NCBI RefSeq assembly: GCF_009914755.1
Contig: NC_060947.1
Reading direction: 5' to 3' (one strand)
DNA length: 64,000 nucleotides
Origin: the human T2T-CHM13v2.0 reference genome, Homo sapiens
A program made the translations under genes and the position numbers. This document shows, piece after piece, positions 59,712-64,000 of the stretch (position 1 is the first letter of the stretch; every line of letters starts with the position of its first letter). The notes below the pieces were generated by a model. That model saw nothing but the letters and a program-made list of their open reading frames with translations, was not told the DNA's origin and made no database searches.

Positions 59712-60893
59712 AGTCATGTGTCATTTAATGATGGAGATACTTTCTGAGCAACGCATTGTTAGGTGATTTCCTTGTTATGAGAACATCATAGAATGTCCTT
59801 ACACAAATCTAGAAGGTATAGCTTACTACACACCTAAGCTGTATTATATAGCCTAATGTTCTTTGGTTACAAATCTGTACAGCATGTTAATGTATATATT
59901 TGTAACCTGTAGACACATATAATATGATGGTAAGTATTTATATATCTAAGCCTAGAAAAAGTACAGTAAAAATACGGTATAAAAAGGAAGAAATGGTACA
60001 CTCATATAGGGCAATTACCATGAATGAGCTTGCAGGCCTGGAAGTTGCTCTGGGTGAGTGAGTGATGAACGAATGTGAAGGCCTAGGACACTACTGTACA
60101 CTACTGTAGACTTTATCAACACTGTACACTTAGGATACACTAAATCGAAGGAAGTCTATTTTTCTTTCTTCAATAATAAATGAACCTTAGCCTATTGTAA
60201 ATTTTTTACTTTATACATTTTGTAATTTTTAAATATTTTGAACTCTTTTGTAATAACACTTAGTTTAAAACACAAAGATATCGTACAGGGGCACAAAAAT
60301 ATTTTATTTCTTTTTATTCTCATTCTATAGACTTTTTCTGTTTTTAACATTTTGATTTTTTAAACTGTTTTGTTAAAAAATAAAACACAAACACATATGT
60401 TCAGCTAGGCCTACACCCAGTCAGGATCATCAATATCACATCTTGTCTCACTGGAAGATCTTCAGAGGCAATAGTATGCATGAAGCTGTCATCTCTTATG
60501 ATAACAATGCCGTCTTCTGAAACACCTCCTGAAGGACATGCCTGAGACTCTTCTACAACTAATTTCTTTTCCAAAGTAGGAGTACACTCTAAAATAATGA
60601 TAAAAATTGTAATATAGTAAATACATAAACTAGTAACATAATTGTTAATTATTATTATCAAGTCTTATGTACTGTACATAATTGTATATGCTATGCTTTT
60701 ATATGACTGGCAGTGCAATAGGTTTGTTGACACCAGCATCACCACAAACACGAGTAATGCATTGCACTACAACATTATGATGGCTACGAAGTCACTAGGC
60801 AGTAAGAATTTTTCAGCTCCATTATAATCTTATGGAACCACAGTCATATATGTAATCTGTCGCTGACCAAAACATTGAGCGGCACAGGGCTGC
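59712..60893 (-). mobile_element. Tigger3 (MER7B-like) ~1.2-kb DNA transposon
   Basis: TA|CAGTCATGTGTCATTTAATG start; ...ATTATAATCTTATGG... end; homologous to the 26-kb element in opposite orientation. Confidence 0.82.
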
Positions 60894-61667
60894 ATATCAA
60901 CATAGAGCACTGGATTGTTTTTTGCAAGTTTTGTGGGATATCTAAAACATTGATATACAGGATCAAGGTTAATAACATAAATAGGTCAGTAAGATTGTTT
61001 TCTAGTCTGTGAAGATTTAAAAGTACAATGTTTGAAGACCAGATGAAGTTAATATTACTATGCAAGCCTCTACAGGTTTGGATTTCAATATGTTTAAATT
61101 TGAACGCTTAACAATATGTTATGATTTGAGTTTCCATTTCATTTATTTCCCTTTCAAGTTCTAGCATGAATTTTGAGAATCTTCATCAATGTCCCTGTGA
61201 AGTAAATGCCACAAGAAAAGTGCAATCAATATGTGCACCTCCCAGAGGGCCCTAAGCAAGTTGAAACACTAAACAACTTTCAAATCTTTAAACTTTTACA
61301 GATGCTCATAGACGCACTGTAATATTAGCCACATACTCTATGTCTTATTAAGATATTCTGTAACATGTGCTATTTACTCCTGCCAGATCTATATAGCATA
61401 AAGTGCACTGGAGGATTGGCATCTATCCATTAAATTTTAATCAACACAGAGACAGTTTAGATATTTAAAACCTTCTTTTATTTACAGCTGGTTTTTAAAA
61501 TTATTGTTGTTTCTTTTGTTTGCTAGCTAGATTGCTTGCTTGCTTATTTATTGACTGGAGCCATGTGAATAATTTTGGAAGTCCCATCTCACTTCTCTGG
61601 CCTCAGAAAAGTGACCTTAAACCATAACATCCTTGATAGAAATGATAGAAATGATCAAATTATTTAA

Positions 61668-61963
61668 GTTTTTTTTGTTTTGGAGACAGAATCTCACTCC
61701 TTCACCCAAGCTGGAGTGCAGTGATCCAATCACAGCTTACCATAGCCTTGATCTCCTGTGCTCAAACGATCCTCAACATCATCCTCTTGAATAGCTGAGA
61801 CTACAGGTGTATGCCATGATGCTGGGCTGATTTCTGTATTTTATGTAGAGATGGGGTCCCACCATGTTGCCCAGGCTGGTCCTGTACTCTTGGGCTCAAG
61901 GGATCTGCCCTCCTTGGCCTCCCAAAGTGCTGGGATTACAGGGGTGAGCCACCACCCCTGGCC
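61668..61963 (-). mobile_element. AluJ
   Basis: Diverged dimer; flanking AATTATTTAA repeats. Confidence 0.88.
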
Positions 61964-63829
61964 TGAATTATTTAATCTTAGAGCATTGTTCTTCACTTAT
62001 TGCGGCTGTATGTTTTTAACTGAAACCATATGAAGAGTTGGGAAATTACTCAATTAATACAAGTATAATGACCAAAACAAGAATATATTTCATTTTTATA
62101 TTTTTATTCAGATGGACTTGGCAAATGAATTCAACATGAATATTACTTACATTAATAGAACAAATTATCAGTGGTCTTCTGAAGTCAAGGCAAGTATTCA
62201 ACCCCATATGCTTTAACCATCACATTTTCTGAACAATCTTTGTGCCGGCAATTGTGCTAGATGTACAATTGTGCTAGAAGCAGGTCATGGTGGCTTGCTT
62301 TAGGTGAACTCACAGTTTAGTGTAGGAGAAAGGCAAATAAATTATACATTATAAAACAATATATTTAATGTTTTGCCTAGAATTTGCCAAATGCTAGGCA
62401 AATAATATTGTAGAAATAACTGTCTGGGAAAACCGTGAAAGTATGAAATCGCATAAGATGCTGAGAAATGTAGTGATCTCTCTAAACAGACCAGTGAATG
62501 CTGCATTTGATTTATTAAACAGTTCGTCAAAACTTATTTTTCAAAAGGAGTTCCCCAATTAGCATCTTATTTATATCCAAGATGATATAAAATATGATGT
62601 ATTATTTATCTCTTCTTAAAATAATTGGACACTTTTTTCATAAAAGACATTATCTGTGATTATTTATCCAATAATTAATTCAGTTTAGAAATTTAATTAA
62701 ACATTAGGAATTTTTAGTGTCATTTTGAAAGACCCTATTATGAAATTATGAAAACAGTAAGGTCAGGAAATGTTTTCTGTTATTGACCTTATGTTATTTG
62801 TTTATTTAATTTAGAACTCTTTACAAATAACTTACTGGGGTCAAAACTGCTCTGACACTGGTATCAGAAACACTTTTGAGAAAAGTGAATTTACTTTGTA
62901 TTTCAAGTTCAAAGGGATTTAGATTTGGTAGATTTTGGAAACTTCTCGCCCTGCATCTGCTAAAAACCAAGCAACTTCCTTTCTGAATTTTTAATCTCAT
63001 AATGCCCCTGTAGTCATTAAAGAACCAATGCATGATAGACATTTATTCACTGTGCCTTTCTACATTGAAAAGCTGAATTAAGGTCTCCAGAGCCAAAATG
63101 GAATTAAAATATTTATGTCTTAAAGACAGCCAAACACGTACTTTCAAAAAAAATTGCGGTCAAGGGGGAAAAAAACAGAAAGTAATTTGTAAAACTGTTC
63201 GTTTTTAAACTTTGGAGTTAGAGAGTGGAAATATGATGCGGACAAGAGTGAAGAAATGTTAACTAAAAAGAATGTGTTATAGCTTGTGAAATTGTCCCCT
63301 CCCACCCCCCCATCCCTGCTTGGAGTAACATTTGCATTCAATTTGAATGAAGACATACTGATAGACCAAAATAGTTTGATTTGTCTTTAGAGAGTCCTTC
63401 TTCATCCTCTCTTTATCTATAATATGTGTTTCCACATTCCTTCTCCAAATTTCTTCATTATTCTACCAGTTTCTTTAAGGAGTCCCAAAACTGTAGGCTA
63501 GACAAATATGAATCTTTCTGTTTGTTAAAATAATGCTTCTTTGAATAATTATTTTTAATCTCTTTCTCTATCTTTCTCTCTTTTTGTAATGCTGCTTCTC
63601 AATGCACATTGTATTTTAAAATCAGTACAGAGTCATAAACTTGACAACAATTGTTGATAATACTTTCCAGTGGTACGTACAATATCTCAACTATTTCTCA
63701 GTTGGAATGATTGGGTACAAATGTGGGGAATAAATCTATAGCATATTTTGAACCAAGATTTAAAATTCATAGCAAATCTAAGCAGTTCTAACAGATTTTT
63801 TTCGGTCATTAATATTTAAGTGTAAAAAG

Positions 63830-64000
63830 CAATTTAGTGTAATAGACAAGCTCACAGATTTGGAGTTATACATACTTGAGGTTAGATCCTGGATATCACA
63901 TTTATTAACTGTTTGAAATTTAGCAAGTTACATAACTTCTCTAAAACTCAATTTACCAAACTAGAAATGAGAAGAATAATAATTACCTTCTCAGATTACT
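63830..64000 (+). mobile_element. MIR
   Basis: AGCAAGTTACATAACTTCTCT...AAATGAGAAGAATAATAATTACCT. Confidence 0.7.

Overview
Primate (hominid-like) nuclear DNA, AT-rich and dominated by transposable elements: L1s of several ages, Alus, MIR/L2, MaLR and ERV LTRs, a complete 5.7 kb HERV-H provirus, and Tigger/MADE DNA elements. I could not identify any host protein-coding gene, RNA gene, CRISPR array or prokaryote-type system. The only intact long CDS is L1 ORF1 (682-1698, minus). It lies in an unusual L1PA2/3-like insertion that has a complete 5' end and a perfect 15-bp TSD but is 3'-truncated with no poly(A). LTR elements and most L1s lie on the minus strand, which suggests an intron of a plus-strand transcript; a strong 30-nt microexon candidate at 9250-9279 fits this. 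Other oddities are near-perfect hairpins (19213-19253, 35753-35791, 45392-45449), recent tandem duplications and insertion-bridged deletions. Repeat subfamily names come from my recollection of consensus sequences and need RepeatMasker/Dfam confirmation. Boundaries of old repeats are approximate. I cannot support a claim of a wholly new biological system here.
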